Below, piece after piece: positions 27,001 through 41,100 of a DNA stretch of 64,000 nucleotides. Location: assembly GCA_012295275.1 (NCBI GenBank), contig CM022679.1:17484001-17548000 (forward strand), written 5' to 3'. The notes beneath the pieces were generated by a model. It made no database searches. It was not told the origin of the DNA and was given only the letters and a program-made list of their open reading frames with translations. This stretch comes from Chrysomallon squamiferum. Taxonomy: Eukaryota > Animalia > Mollusca. The translations under genes were made by a program, and so were the position numbers. Position 1 is the first letter of the stretch. Each line of letters starts with the position of its first letter.

Positions 27001-28131
27001 TGGCATGTCATTGATTTATAATTAAGCTGGGGAAAAAGCAAATTATGATGCAGAAACCGGAATGAGATCTTTTTTTTCTTCCTTCTTTTTTTGTTTGATA
27101 TAAAAGTTTTTTCAAATTTTAAATTCTTTGGTATAAAGTAAGCTTTGCATACATGATAACAATTGGTATTTTCATAATCGTTTTTGTTTATTTGTATGCT
27201 GTAATGAAAATCAATGTTTCAATTAACATCCAAACCTTTCATCTGCTGCACCCAAAATAATATCTCCCAACTACCACATTAAATAAAATTCAAATTTAAT
27301 GTCAAGGCAGAATAATATGGATTTATTTATTCAACGGATTCTTATATCTGCCTTTATTCCATTAACCAAACAGATAATCTACATCAGGGGCAATATATAT
27401 TTTTTAAAATTTTACTATCTGAAAACAAACAGCTTTCTTGGTGGCTGAAAAATAAACTATTCTAAAATGAATTTCATAGTGCTTAAACATATGTTTGTCG
27501 ACTCATTTTCTGACAAGCTACTCATGTTATGGTTAATTCATTCCACCACACATGACTGCAAGTAATGATGATGAATAAACACACTGGCTTGTTCTTTTTA
27601 ATAATCTGCATGATTGATACAGAAAGGAAATAAATGTCTCCAGTTTGCAGTGCATTTTACCAAAAATACCTTTGAACAAGAGCATGCCTTTAATGAAATA
27701 GATGGAAAACTTGCATTCCATATAATTTAATCTGATTTATAAAAATAAAATGTAAATAAATTAGTCACGTTTCAAAAAACGAGATGAGTCCCCAAGTAAA
27801 TTTCAGCACACAGCTCTTTACAGTGACAAACTCTCACTGGAATCCTTAACACATCAGCTGCAAGTAAGACAATGGTTCACAGCAGTAACACATCTCCTAA
27901 ACTATAACAAGATTTTATGACTGTTTTAAAATTAAAAAGAAATGAAAAATAACAATAAACTATGACAGACTGTTTTGTACTTAGCTCATGTTCTGAAACG
28001 TTTAAAGCTTCAGAAATAATATAATCCAACCAACTACTCACTAATCTGGATCTTCCAATGTTTGGAAAACACAAAGCCTATGAATATCCTAACATATGGG
28101 GACAATGAATAATATGTATCATGAGAAACAC

Positions 28132-28665
28132 TTGTCAGGTTAATATGTTAAAACAGTATTTGTCAGTAAGAAGGTTAGTATTTTAAAACAGTATTTGTCA
28201 GTAAGAAGGTTAGTATCTTAAAACAGTATTTGTCAGTAAGCAGGTTAATATGAAAGAACAGTATTTGTCAGTAAGGAGGGAGGTTAGTATTTTAAAACAG
28301 TATTTGTCAGTATTTTAAAACAGGTTAATATGAAAGAACAGTATTTGTCAGTAAGGAGGTCAGTATGTTAGAACAGTATTTGTCAGTAAGCAGGTTAATA
28401 TGAAAGAACAGTATTTGTCAGTAAGGAGGTTAGTATGTTAAAACAGTATTTGTCAGTAAGCAGGTTAATATGAAAGAACAGTATTTGTCAGTAAGGAGGT
28501 TAGTATGAAAGAACAGTATTTGTCAGTAAGGAGGTCAGTATGTTAGAACAGTATTTGTCTGTAAGGTTAGTATGTTAGAACAGCATTTGTCAGTAAGGAG
28601 GTTAGTATGTTAGAACATTATTTGTTAACAAGAAGGTTAGTATGTTAGAGTAGTATTTGTCAATA
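28132..28665. repeat. 35-bp minisatellite, about 15 copies
   Basis: Unit aacagtatttgtcagtaagNaggttaRtatg...; period measured from 28153 to 28188. Confidence 0.92.
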
Positions 28666-28674
28666 AGATAATAG

Positions 28675-28822
28675 GTTTCCATAATAGGGGACCTTATCTT
28701 TGCAGTACGGAGGGATATGAAATACAGGGCTGAGAACAGGGCTGAGCAAAAAATCGACCTGGCAAATGCTCGTAACTCAAAAAACTTGTAAGTTGGGGTG
28801 CTTGTAAGTCGAGGTATCACTG
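28675..28822. mobile_element. Tigger/pogo-like terminal remnant
   Basis: GC-richer segment ending ttgtaagtcgaggtatcactg then TA, a typical pogo/Tigger terminus; the other end was not found. Confidence 0.5.
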
Positions 28823-29279
28823 TAGTTATATATGCAGATAAACATTCATAAGTGCCTAAAAAATCTAATCCATGTCAATCATAATTATCTGTACCATGAA
28901 CTATTTCTTTTAATATTTTTTTTAAGTATTTTAACTTTCAAAAACTTTGTTCTATGGGTTAGACCGTCAGAGGGTAAACAGAGTGAGAAACTAATACTGT
29001 AAATAGTCAAAATAATATCTTAGAACCACTATTTCTGGTCAGTCCTTTTTTAAAAAAGATAATATGTAACAAAATTTTAGTGTACATAGCAGTGAACATC
29101 CCCATCAAAACAAATTTAACTAATGAAACCTATACAAATAAAAGCTGTTTGGTTATCAGCAATAATTTGTAAAAGTACAATGGGCTCTGGAGATGAATAC
29201 ATTGGAGAAGTGTTAAAATATTAGTTGTTAAGGAGTTATATTATACACACTTTAAATTGCTGAAATTCTTTAATTATTT

Positions 29280-29500
29280 GACCTAACAATGATAATGTCA
29301 CAAGTAAATAAACTATTATTCATGTAACAGTATATGATAATTTGATATCACAAGTAAATAAACTATTATTTCATGTAACAGTATATGATAACAAGTGAAT
29401 AAACTATTACATTATATAACGGTGTATAATTTGACAATATCAGATGTAAATACACTGTTACTTCATAACAGTGATAACTTGATAAAATTACAAGTACCCA
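29280..29500. repeat. Degenerate tandem repeat of about 50 bp
   Basis: cacaagtaaataaactatt..tcatgtaacagtatatgataa twice near-perfect, plus decayed copies. Confidence 0.7.
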
Positions 29501-31268
29501 AGTAACAAGAATATACACTAACTAATCTCTATCAAAACAAAAGAAACATATAAACTTTGCTTCATCATGCTATTTGATTGTAAGTAGATTTTCTTCTCTG
29601 TGTGTGTTTTAAACAAAACACCACATTACTCTTCACAGTTCAGATTAGTTCATTTTTCACTGTCTCCCCAACTGCTATATTGATGGACATCAGAAACTAA
29701 ACTCTTCACTTGATAGGCAAAGATAGAAGGCTTCTACCTTGTTAATTGAGTCTTGTCCCACAAGCCACTCCATCATTCAGTAATGAAACACTGCTTTGGT
29801 GGAGTTTGGACTACAGGCTGGTAATATGGCTGCTGATGAGCTTCAGCTAGAAGTATTGTCAGAAATCTGATAAGACAGGTTGATTCATCACAGTTTCAGT
29901 AGACATTTTAATATTTATATTTCAGTTTTGAGATTATTCCAGTCAACTGGGTGAAAATTTAGATAGTTTGGTTAAAAACATTGATAGAAACAGACCTTCA
30001 TGCTGTTGTCTTATTATTTCTTGCATTCTTCTCTTTGGATTACTGTCAAAATTTCAGGATAACATTATTAACTTTATATCAGACTGGTTTTAATATTTAA
30101 TAAAATATTTGCTGTGAAATAAAATCTGAAATTTTATACTGTGTAAATTATTAATGGTATATTTTAACTACTTACAAAGTTAAAGGTCAAGCATGCTTAA
30201 CAAGAACACTTAAAGACAAATGTTTAATGTGATTTAAAACTACTATCATTATGTTTTCTTGATTTTATTTTGTAGGTGATGTGGTGACAACAGCATGTAA
30301 AGTCCATTACTGTTTACTGACTCAAACCCACTGTTTTAAATGTTATTATTAACATACGATAATAAACTTTAACACCCTGATTCAACCATCAAGTTAATTA
30401 TAAACGATATGAAAAAATATGTAAAGTACTGAGTTAACATGCAAATACTTATTGAGGTAATGATAAACAAATTGCAAGCTGCTGAAATTATACATAATAG
30501 ATATTTATACATTATTTCATATCATTAATCAAAAATCAAAAAGAAGAAGTGTATTAATTAACATCACTTTTTATATCATATATAAATGGCTATGTATAAT
30601 ACAGATAAACAAGAGAGGAAACCTCCTCCATAAAATGAGTTACTCCTTCTTGGTTAGAAACAGATTTTCATAAAAAAAAATGTAATAACACTAGTGTAAA
30701 ATTATTGGCACCACATCACTTCTGCCTGTCTTTACCAGAGATTCACCACTTGATGAGAACCTCCACATCAAAAGACAGACTATTAAAACAAGATTTATAT
30801 CAATTTATTTTAAATTTATCATGCTGGAACTGAAAACACTACAAGGTACAGACAGATTTGTCCTGTGAAATTAAAGGGAAGAAGTGTGAGAAGACAAGGA
30901 TAAAACACTGACTCCATAATATATTCTTATTACTTGAACCTGCAGTGTGTTCCACTACTGATCTGTCAGCAGACCTTCCTGTAACCAAGCCTATTTGTGC
31001 AGAAAGGTCTCATTCTTCATGCAGGTCTCACCAAACACAATTATATTACTAAAACAGGCAACAGAGAAAAATCCAGTAATCTCCATATAATGATGATTAA
31101 CATCCCAGTGTAATGGCCCAAACAACCAGATGCAAGGATAAAATGCTAATTTGGAATCTTTGACAGCCAACATAGCCATGACAGCTGTGCAGAATATGGT
31201 CATTCCACTGTCTGTGACTTTATTATATCAACAACTCATCTCCAGTCAGGTATAAAAGCAGAGTTGAC

Positions 31269-32024
31269 TAGGGTTTGCAAATTACCGATAATATCAATAC
31301 CAGTAAATTATCGACAGATATTCTCAATACTGGTTTTCACTGGTTTTAGTTAGTTTCTACACGGGGAAAGGTACTTACAGGGCTTTTATGGACACTATTT
31401 TCTCTTACACAAACTCTTTTTACTTATTGACACTCATCTGACAACATTATTCATTATCCTCCTTTTCCTACCTGTCTTCAGAAAAAAATCATGAAATGAA
31501 CCTTTATAGAACTTAAAAGTTACAAAAGGTATGTATAAGAAATGTACATGCAATAAAAAACCAAGAAAAAATGTGGATGCAAATTTTATAAAAAGGAAAC
31601 AAGGAAATTGTAACACTTATGATTATTATCCAAAATGTACATCACATTTTGCAATTTTTGAGAAGTTCTGATTTATTCCTCAACACTGGAGAAGTATGAC
31701 TTTAAACAACACAAAACATCTAGTGTCTTGGGCGACAACTGAGAAGCAGGAGCCAATTCCTTATCACTAGTTGCCAAAATGACTTAGAATGGCTCACATG
31801 TCAGCAATCAAACAAGTAAATGTGGAACATTAAACAGATGAGCATTGAACTCGCATCTGAAGGCACACTAGCAACTAACACAACCTTATGTTAACAACTA
31901 ACATATCTCTCAACATAACTCGTTAAAATTTTGAAAACTGGTATTGGTGCTTTGGTAATGGTATTACCCATCAATTACAAAAACCAGTATTTGCCAGTAT
32001 TTAAATACCTGTTTTTGAACCCTA
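31269..32024 (+). mobile_element. Non-autonomous hAT-type element, copy 2
   Basis: TAGGGTT...AACCCTA termini; 8-bp target-site duplication GAGTTGAC (31261-31268) and GTGTTGAC (32025-32032); subterminal AATACCG/AATACTG-type repeats; no coding capacity seen. Confidence 0.85.
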
Positions 32025-35000
32025 GTGTTGACACAATCTCATAAAATACTCAACATGCTCTATATTTTTAAATAATCAAAACGACACGTAACTATGGATA
32101 CCAGATAAACCTGGATTGAAATTGGGCTGTGGCTTAATCATTAACTTTGAGGCATGACAGATCACATTATCAATTGTTCGCAATGTATCAACCAGGCTAT
32201 TTACAATTCTTGCCAATGCTACAATACTGACTTATCTAAGTCTTCCTGTCTGTGAACTGTGTTTTAACATATCCTTTACAATTAACTGTTAGAAAACAAT
32301 ATGAAATGAGTTTTATAATTCAGTCTGATATTAAAACCTGTTATTGTTTCACTTGTTGCAATATCTGTTATTTGATTATAATTATGTTAATAACACTGCA
32401 AAGTTTTTTTTTTAAATTCCAGTAATGTCTGAAACATCTCATTAGTTTCAACAGAGGTCAAAATTACAAAATAGCAAATATTCATTTTATTCAGGCAATT
32501 TAGTTTAAAATATGTTTTTAAAAGTATTAAAATAGTTATTCAAATCTACAATGATGATTTTTATTTTGGGGGGGGGCTTATCTAATATTTTTACTTTATG
32601 TTTCAATATCCACATTTTATTCCTATTACTGTAGAACATATATATACAATACAGATAGATAATTATACTGATATGTGTGTGTTTTACTGCTTTTATAATC
32701 ATATTAATTAAGCATTAAGTATTCATTTTTTATTATTAATTCCTATTTATATACCATTTTAGTCTATGTATTTTAATATAATGTTGTTGGTGGTATAAAC
32801 TTGAAACATAAATTAATTTTGTGTAACTTCCAAGTTACTGTTTTATTGATGCTGAAAATGATATGTATTTACAGAGGTTCATAAGTAACTGAGCAGTGTA
32901 CCATTGTGAAATTTCCATTACATTCTATTTTGTAAATGAATGAATTGATAAATAACTAATGTTTATTGGCAAGGATTTTGACTATTGTTTGTAAATACAC
33001 TAAATGCAAACATATAATTTTGCAAACATTTCTAAATAGTTTAGAAAATAAATATGTGTATTTTTTTTTGGCAATCTTACACTACCCTGATATTTATGTT
33101 TCAAGTCTATATAACAATAGCATCATATTAAAATGGATTTCAAGTATAAGAATTCAAAAAATAAAATGAACACAGACACAAACACACATCTTCAAAATCA
33201 ATAAAATGTTTAATATAATAAAAAAAATACTTAAAATTTAATAAATGTCACCATAGAACTATTTTTCAACACATAATGACAGCTTCAGCTAAAATGTAAT
33301 AAATTACAAAAGACAGCCATAATCAACAGCTGTTTGAATTAATTACCAACAGTATCCATTCCAGTCGATGCAGTTTTGTGTTAAAATACTAGAGAGACGT
33401 TAATTTGAAATGGATATAGTGAACATATATCCCTGATCAAAGTTTATTAATGTAATCAATGCATGACACTGATGAAGTTAAGATCTCAGGTGGCCAAGTT
33501 ATCTCCAGTAATTGTCAAAGAATCTCCATGGAGATTCCATTAGTCTTTTAACTACCATCAAAACCCCAGAGACCTGATAGTCAGTATGGTCATGCATTTT
33601 AATTTATATCTGTATCTTGCTGATATGGATAACATTATAGAAGGGATTAACTATGTTTGTTATGATCAAAGTATTACATTAATAAGAAAGTATTACATTA
33701 CAGAGACAAAGACCATGCACCCAGTAATTATCAGGAATTAGATTTTATCCTGATACAATCAATGTAGATTAAATATTTCAGGGCAGATTCACAATTCCAG
33801 AAAAAATTTCAAGGTGAAATAAAACTTAAAAAAAAAATAATGTGTGTGTTTCTCTGAGTGTGATGAGTTTGTATTTAGGTAGGTATGTGTGTATGTGTGT
33901 GCTGATGCTCATTACATTTTCCACAGTAATGCATGGTTGTTATAATACATTACCATAACCACAATTTACATTTTTAACAAAAAATATGTTTTCATTTTAG
34001 CTGAGATTAAATACTGGACATGTAAATAGGATGCTTATCTATGTCCATGATCACACATCTAGATTACAATTAATTAAACACACATGTTCAACATCTCAAA
34101 AACAAGTACTTTATTTATTTTATTCAGTTACTTGTGAAAAAAAATTTAAATGATTTATTTCTTATCTTATTGGTCTTGATTTATTTTAATTTATATAAAT
34201 TCTAATTAAGTGATAAATACCAGTAAAGCAGTTTATGAAATAAAAGTAGGTTAAAACAAAATTTATCTACAGTACAAACCAGGCGCTAGTCAAATATTTA
34301 CTTTTTCAGTTTATATTTATTTATTAAAAAACTGTTGATTATATTCTTTATATTTCCAAAAATAAAGTATATGTCTGTGGATTACATTATTTTCTAGAAA
34401 TCATCTAGAACTGATGATGTCAAACAAAAATAACCTAACCTATTTTGTTAAATTTTAACTTCAAGACTGTATGTATTCAGTGTATGCCTAGACTTCCCTT
34501 GTTCACATGGCTATGTCATTAGCAGTGGACAAATGAGTTGTCTCAAGGTTATCTATCACATCACATTGGTAAGTGTATCACCCATTTCTATCATACTTTA
34601 CATGTTTGCTGCTAATTAACTATATCCACCATTTTTCTGAAATGTAAGGGAATATCAGATTTCAAATATTAACTACAGTATGCAGTTCCTCATCTCTACC
34701 TTTTTTAATGACCTATGTGTCTGGTTGAGCTATTTTTAATGTAAAACATATACACTTCATGGAAGTTAACCTTCCAAACAATAAAAGTAACAAATTATAT
34801 CCTGAAAGTGAAAACCAGACTTGGTAAATGGAATAAACATAACATATATTGGTTAAGACAGCAAAGGTAATTTTTGTACTCAATATATGCAAACATAATA
34901 CAAAAGGATTTATTTATCTGTTTTGCATAATGTATCAATCAGTTGATGCAGCTTATTTTTTATTCTTTTATTCTTTCATTAGCTTTGTCATTTGATATAC

Positions 35001-35995
35001 GATAATATTAAATAAGGTATCTTCAGAACACATTAATTATTACAATTTCAGTGAGGTTATTTTTTTCTGTTTTAAAACAAAATGTCAGAAACACATGTTA
35101 CCAGTGATTCTATATTTTTTGTGTCCTTGTTTACAAGTTTTTCAGTTGTGTTAGTCTGTGACATTACATAATAATAAACAATACTATGTAGATTTAAAAC
35201 ATACAGTTTTCTGTATCACTGTGCCTTTTATTCATTGATACTATAAGCAAACCCTTAATTTCAATTTTACCTCTTTTTTTTTTACAATTCCATGATTTGT
35301 TAATTACATTATAATATGAAATCATAACACCACAGAACTATAAATATTTGAATACTAAAATGTGCCCAAGATGGCAAAGATTCATAAAATAAATAAACAA
35401 CCATGTATCGTATCTATCAAAGTGGACCATATTTTCACGTGTATGGGAAAGTTATTAAAATGATCTGTCCATGTGTAATGGGTAAGAATAGCATGAGAAC
35501 AGCAATACAAAGTTCTCTCACTTAACTTTAATATGCATAAAAACTGGCTCATATTTAACTGTGCACATATTAATAAACGTGTCATTCGTTCATGATTTTC
35601 GTTTTGTTTTGTTGTTTTTTGTTGTTTAATTAATAAAAATCTATAACAAAGATAGTTTAAAATTTTCGAGATTAGTTGCATTATTAATGCAGTAAAAATG
35701 AAAGCAATAACAAGACTGAAAAATCCAATTATAATAATACCAATACAGTGAAACAAAACGTTTAAAAATATGTATTTTCTGTATTTTTTATATAAACGTA
35801 GATAGTCGTGACAATTCTTTTTCCACAGATTGTACTTTAAATGGCACCACTAACAAGGCACTCATACCAAACTCGTTAAAAACAATAATACTGACAAGAT
35901 GACATTTGTTTATCGACGGCAGTCTAAAGAGCTGTTGTTTTACCATGAAAGCCAAACAACAAAAAGATGTGAAAACATTACAGATATATGAACAA

Positions 35996-36200
35996 ACTTA
36001 CTGTAGCTCTCAGTGATACGTAGCGGCAACTCGACAAGTGATGCCGAAGTTTGGAAAACACTGCATGATGTATCTGACTGCAACAAGCGCATGCGTTGTG
36101 CTCGCAGAGAATCAAACTTTGTTAATACAATACTGAGCGAGAAAAGATAACGAAGAGGTCTGTTTACACATCCGTCTGCGAGCATATTAACTAATACATC
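35996..36200 (-). promoter_or_regulatory. Candidate GGCX promoter and non-coding first exon
   Basis: CpG-dense patch at the edge of the CpG-depleted domain; minus-strand GTAAGT donor at 36001-35996; NRF1-like GCGCATGCG near 36087. The link to GGCX is inferred. Confidence 0.5.
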
Positions 36201-36221
36201 CGTGTTACCGACTTGTTTTCT

Positions 36222-36222
<1 letters not shown>

Positions 36223-36266
<44 letters not shown>

Positions 36267-36295
36267 GTGATGATGATGATGATGATAATAATAAA
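36223..36295. repeat. (AAT)n/(GAT)n microsatellite
   Basis: Read directly. Confidence 0.9.
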
Positions 36296-36633
36296 TAATG
36301 AGAAATGAAGTAGAAATAATATCAATGGACGTAGTTCAGAACAAACTTTTTAAAAAACAAAACAAAACAAAAATATTGTCATATATAATTATACTTGCGA
36401 AGTGCCAAATACATATTTTTGTTATTGTGGAACAAGGACGAGTAGGAAAATGCACATAATAATAAGTTCACGAACCAGGATATATATATATCCTCGATCT
36501 GGGTATCGTTTTGTTCGGGAAATTGATACAAAAAACGTCTCGGACTGAATATCTTTGTATAGAGTTTATGGAAACTTAATACTATTATGCAGTTTATTAT
36601 ATCCTGGCATAATTCTGGTTCCGGCTTTAAGAC

Positions 36634-36636
<3 letters not shown>

Positions 36637-36703
<67 letters not shown>
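36637..36703. repeat. (TG)n microsatellite
   Basis: Read directly. Confidence 0.95.
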
Positions 36704-36706
<3 letters not shown>

Positions 36707-36802
36707 TTAATTTCTATTTCCTGGAATAGAATAAGTGAACATATAATTTTATGATTTCTGTAGTAACAATACGCACACACAATATGGACACAATATGGCC
36801 TA

Positions 36803-37870
36803 GAGAGTGACCCAAAATTATTGCAACTCGTACAACAGCAGATCAAATCGTGAATATTATGCTATTGTTCTTATTTTGCAGGTTCTTCTAAAGGAGGAGA
36901 TAACAAAAAACCAAAAAAAAAAAAAAAAAAAAAAGAATAAAAGCAATCATCAATAGTTTTTTTCTGAAAATGCCTGGGACAGCTGAATAGAAAACTATTT
37001 GCGCGCAGAACTATTTTGAAACCAAGTCGTTTAAATCTGAGCAGGCAACATTTCCACTTTAATTATTATCCGAACAAACGCCACATTTACACATTTGTCG
37101 ATAGTTTAGGGAAAAAGGAACTGATGATGGACCTTACTAAACTAAGATTAAATAGAAGCTGACACAGGAAGATAGAGACAAAAGAGCTGTGAAAAAAATT
37201 GACGAGGACGCTGACTTTGTTCACGATTTGTGGTTCTCTGATGAGGCACATTTTCTTCTGTCAGGCCATGTCAACAGCAAAAATTGCATTTGCTGGGGTA
37301 CAAAACCACTAAAGGGTGTTCTGCAGCGTCCATTACATTCAATAAAGTGTACCGCAAGGGTGACCTTTTCAAAGTATGGCATCTTTTGACCTTTTTTGTT
37401 TGAACACGAAAACGAGACGTCTGTCATGTTATCATGAGGCGTTGAGGAAATATAGGAATACATAAGGGAGATGTGTAGGCACAACTCGTAAGGAACACCT
37501 AAGCTGACCCCTTCCAGATATCTACATCTGGGGCTATTTGAAAGACCATGTCTATTAAAACAACCCCCAGACAATCAGAAATTTGAAGACAGAAATTACG
37601 GCAAAGATCAGGGCTATTCCAAGAGAGAAATGTGCCCTCATAATTGACAGTTTTGCACGCCTCATTCAGGAGGGTCTTAGACGTCTAGGTGATTCGAAAC
37701 AGATTTTGGAAAGATGATAAAATCTGGACCATAAGGACTAAAGAACCCAAACTTTCAGGACCGGCTTTTTTATCGATTCAGATTAATATGTGTGAAAATG
37801 AAATCAATTCATCATCAGTTGTTGAAACGACAAGCACTTATATGGGTTCCAATAATTTTGGATCACCCTA
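36803..37870 (+). mobile_element. Decayed, internally deleted Tc1/mariner-superfamily transposon (DUF4817-type N-terminus)
   Basis: 30-bp terminal inverted repeats at 36803-36832 and 37841-37870 (24/30 match) flanked by TA. Transposase remnants: MPGTAE*KTICAQNYFETKSFK from 36970, WFSDEAHFLLSGHVNSKNC.WG, and PDIYIWGYLKDHVY*NNPQTI..LK..I. Stops and frameshifts throughout. Confidence 0.9.
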
Positions 37871-38086
37871 TATATATAAAAACATACAGATTGCCTTGGG
37901 AGCCGAATGGTAGCGCGAATGGGTGTCATAAATAACAATATTTACATATTTATGTATTTCATTCAACTCTGCTTTATGTCCTTGAATTTGTGATCCTTAG
38001 GTGCATAACTTCTGTATGTAAACAATGAAATAGGATATTATATATACATATATAATTATAATAAATAAAAGAAAGTTATAAAATTA

Positions 38087-38088
<2 letters not shown>

Positions 38089-38135
<47 letters not shown>
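38089..38135. repeat. (AAT)n microsatellite
   Basis: Read directly. Confidence 0.9.
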
Positions 38136-41100
38136 TTCCCTGAAAACATATTCCTGCACGAGGAAATGTTGGAGAAGGGAAAAAAACAAAAACAAAAACA
38201 AAAAGAAAACGAGAAAATAAAAGAAAAATACAACAACGCTTTTATCTAGATAAAAAAAAATGTAATCTATATGAGTATTTCATTTATTGGATTTCTAGGT
38301 TCGATCGTTACTTTTACTATCTTGACTTATTCAACAGGTTAGAGAATTTGCTAAAAGATGTTCTTTAATTGTATTGAGATTGATTTTTACCGCCGACTGA
38401 TCGCAAATAAATATTCGCTGATCACCAACACTGGGTGATGTTGATTCCAAACGAAATGTTCATTTTGCCGCCAAAAGGAGAAATATAACCAGGGGCATAT
38501 TTTGGCATCATATGTCTAAGTAAATTTGTTCTTTTGTTGAAAACTACGAAACTCATTTTTCAGTTTTCTTTAATTTTAACACTTAACGCTTGAATAATTG
38601 GAAAATAAAATCAGTTCATATACTTTGAATATTTAAATTTTGTGTAACATACTAAATAATATTTATATTTAAAAAGTACATCTGCCATAAATAAAATCGT
38701 ATTATTGTTTTTTCCAAACTTATTATTATTATTGTTAGTAGTAGTAGTAGTAGTAGTATCTTTGTTTTTGTTATGTTCGATGGTGAGATAATAAGAGAGA
38801 CAGAAAGACAAAAACAGATAAACAAGTTGAGAAAATGTCAAAAAAAGAATTACAGACTACAAATATTCTGATTTGTACATCTGAACTGGACTGGTGATTT
38901 GTCATAATATTTTGCATTGTTAACCTGCAGCACATTTACAATGTGAAAAATCAGTATTATTTTATATGCCCACGTCATAAACTCCAGGCCAGCCAAATCC
39001 AGATTCACATTCCTTTCAATACTTGTATCAAAGTGTCTATAAATTTCATTACTAAAAGTAGCTCGATTTAGAAGCAAGATTTATAAATACCTCGTCTGAA
39101 GAACAGCGAAAAGTATCGACTGCAGAAACAGTTTTGAAAAGGGGTTGACGTTCCATAGAAAGTGTCCATTAGATAAATGACTTATTAGGAAGTGCATAGA
39201 CACGCACTTTGTCGATTTAGTCACACGAGACTGAATGATGTTATGATAGAATTACAAATTTCTTAAAGATAATATTTATTTCTTGAAATAAGTCTGGCTT
39301 GATTGGAAGAAGGATTATAATTGTTCAACAGAAAATGTCTGTTACTGAAACCACAGGAATGTATTCAGTTATTAGTTAATGTAAAATAATAAATAAACAT
39401 ATGGATAATAATAATAATAATAAACTGCTAATAGCATTGTGTGAATCACAAATAAAACGTTATCTGATCTTTAATTATCATTGATTATTTCAACATGGTA
39501 TAAAGAAACTTCACTAGCTGAAAATAAATTAATAAATAAATTAATAATAATGATGATGATGATGATTATGCTGATAATGACGATAATGATAATAATAACA
39601 ATAATGATAGTAATAAATAAATAAATAAACAAATAAATAAATAAAGACAAGAAAAAGGATTAATTATCGAAACCTTTCCGACATAATGTTTGAAATCTAA
39701 TAAGATGATCTGTTTTCATTAGACTGGTTAGATGACTATAATCATGACAATAGAAAGATTTTGCAGTGGATACAATCAATGAATCAATTTCCTTTCATTT
39801 TCATAATCATTTTTATCTGGTATTTTATAACTCGTTTTAGAGACAAATGCTCCAGAGAATAATTTCTTACTTTGATTGGGAACGTGTTTTCAGTTTTGTG
39901 CATTCTGAAAGAATGTTTATGGTTTATCTTTTTTGGAATATCAATATCTGGATATTTGTAAATTTGTTCTGTCTTTGACAATCAGCTGTTTGAATTATCT
40001 GTATTTTCTCTAAATGGATATGAAAATGTTCAGAATAAGCACCGCTTATTAGGGCAGCTCTACGGCCTTTCGCAATCACAATTTATTTAACGGATTATTT
40101 TAGTCTTCCCTCAGACATCCATGACAATGTTACCTCCCATTCGCAAACTATACGGCAGACATTAACTTTGTGGTAAACGTATATGGAAACTGAACTGCTA
40201 GATCGAATGTTAAACTGATCGAAACTTGATAAAATGAATAGATGATCGGCCTGTTTGGGTAAACTGGAAGTCTGAAATTATTTCATAATACGATGGATAG
40301 TGGCTATTGTCGCAATTCGAGGAACTTTTTTTAATTATTATTTGATAATCTTCTTTCTTCATCTTTTCAGTATGTAAATGTGACGGACATCTTACAAAAT
40401 ATATAAGAAAATTCTGTGAATAAGATCGGAGAATTTAATTTGGGCTTTCTTTATCAGTATACAAAACATTTCCTGATCATCTGTCTACAACCTTTCTACC
40501 AAGCAGAATCAGTCTAGCGGTCTATTCGTGTTTAATAGCAAAATCTAATATACACACATTAATTCATTTCCTCGCTCAGGACTTAAACATATCACTTAAG
40601 CGATGTAATTAAACGTTTTATCATTCTGTAATCATCACCATCCCAGTAAAATAACGGACACAACCGTTTACAGGTCAGCCAGTAAATCAAGTTATTTAAC
40701 ATTCGGCACGACTACAAGATCAGATTTTATCACGTAAACTGTACATATTGAAAAGTTCGAACTAGGAGGGCTGAGCATTTAATTTTCAGAAAGAATTATA
40801 TTTATTTATTCTAATTTAAAAAAAAAATTGTCCTCGTTTCTCTCTTTCTCAGTATATGTGACAATTATTAGAAGTGCTAGGCTGACGCTTTTGTCTTAAC
40901 TGACTGCATCTGCAAGTTTCAGTGTGGCAGGATATTTCTTAGACAAAATTTTGCAATTCGTTGTTCATATAGTTTTCAAATTGTCATTCAGTATATTGCA
41001 ACGCAATACAATAGGACACAACCAGGCACACACATGCGTTAAAAATTAATAAAAATATGCAACACAGATACACAGAAAAAACACATACACAGAAACACAC

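Noticed and set aside
18900-31250. Nested gene in the GC-richer patches near 19.2, 24.5, 26.8, 29.7 and 31.0 kb
   Set aside because: The ORF track and a spot translation gave no recognisable protein or consistent exon chain; these are probably old repeats. A BLASTX search would settle it.
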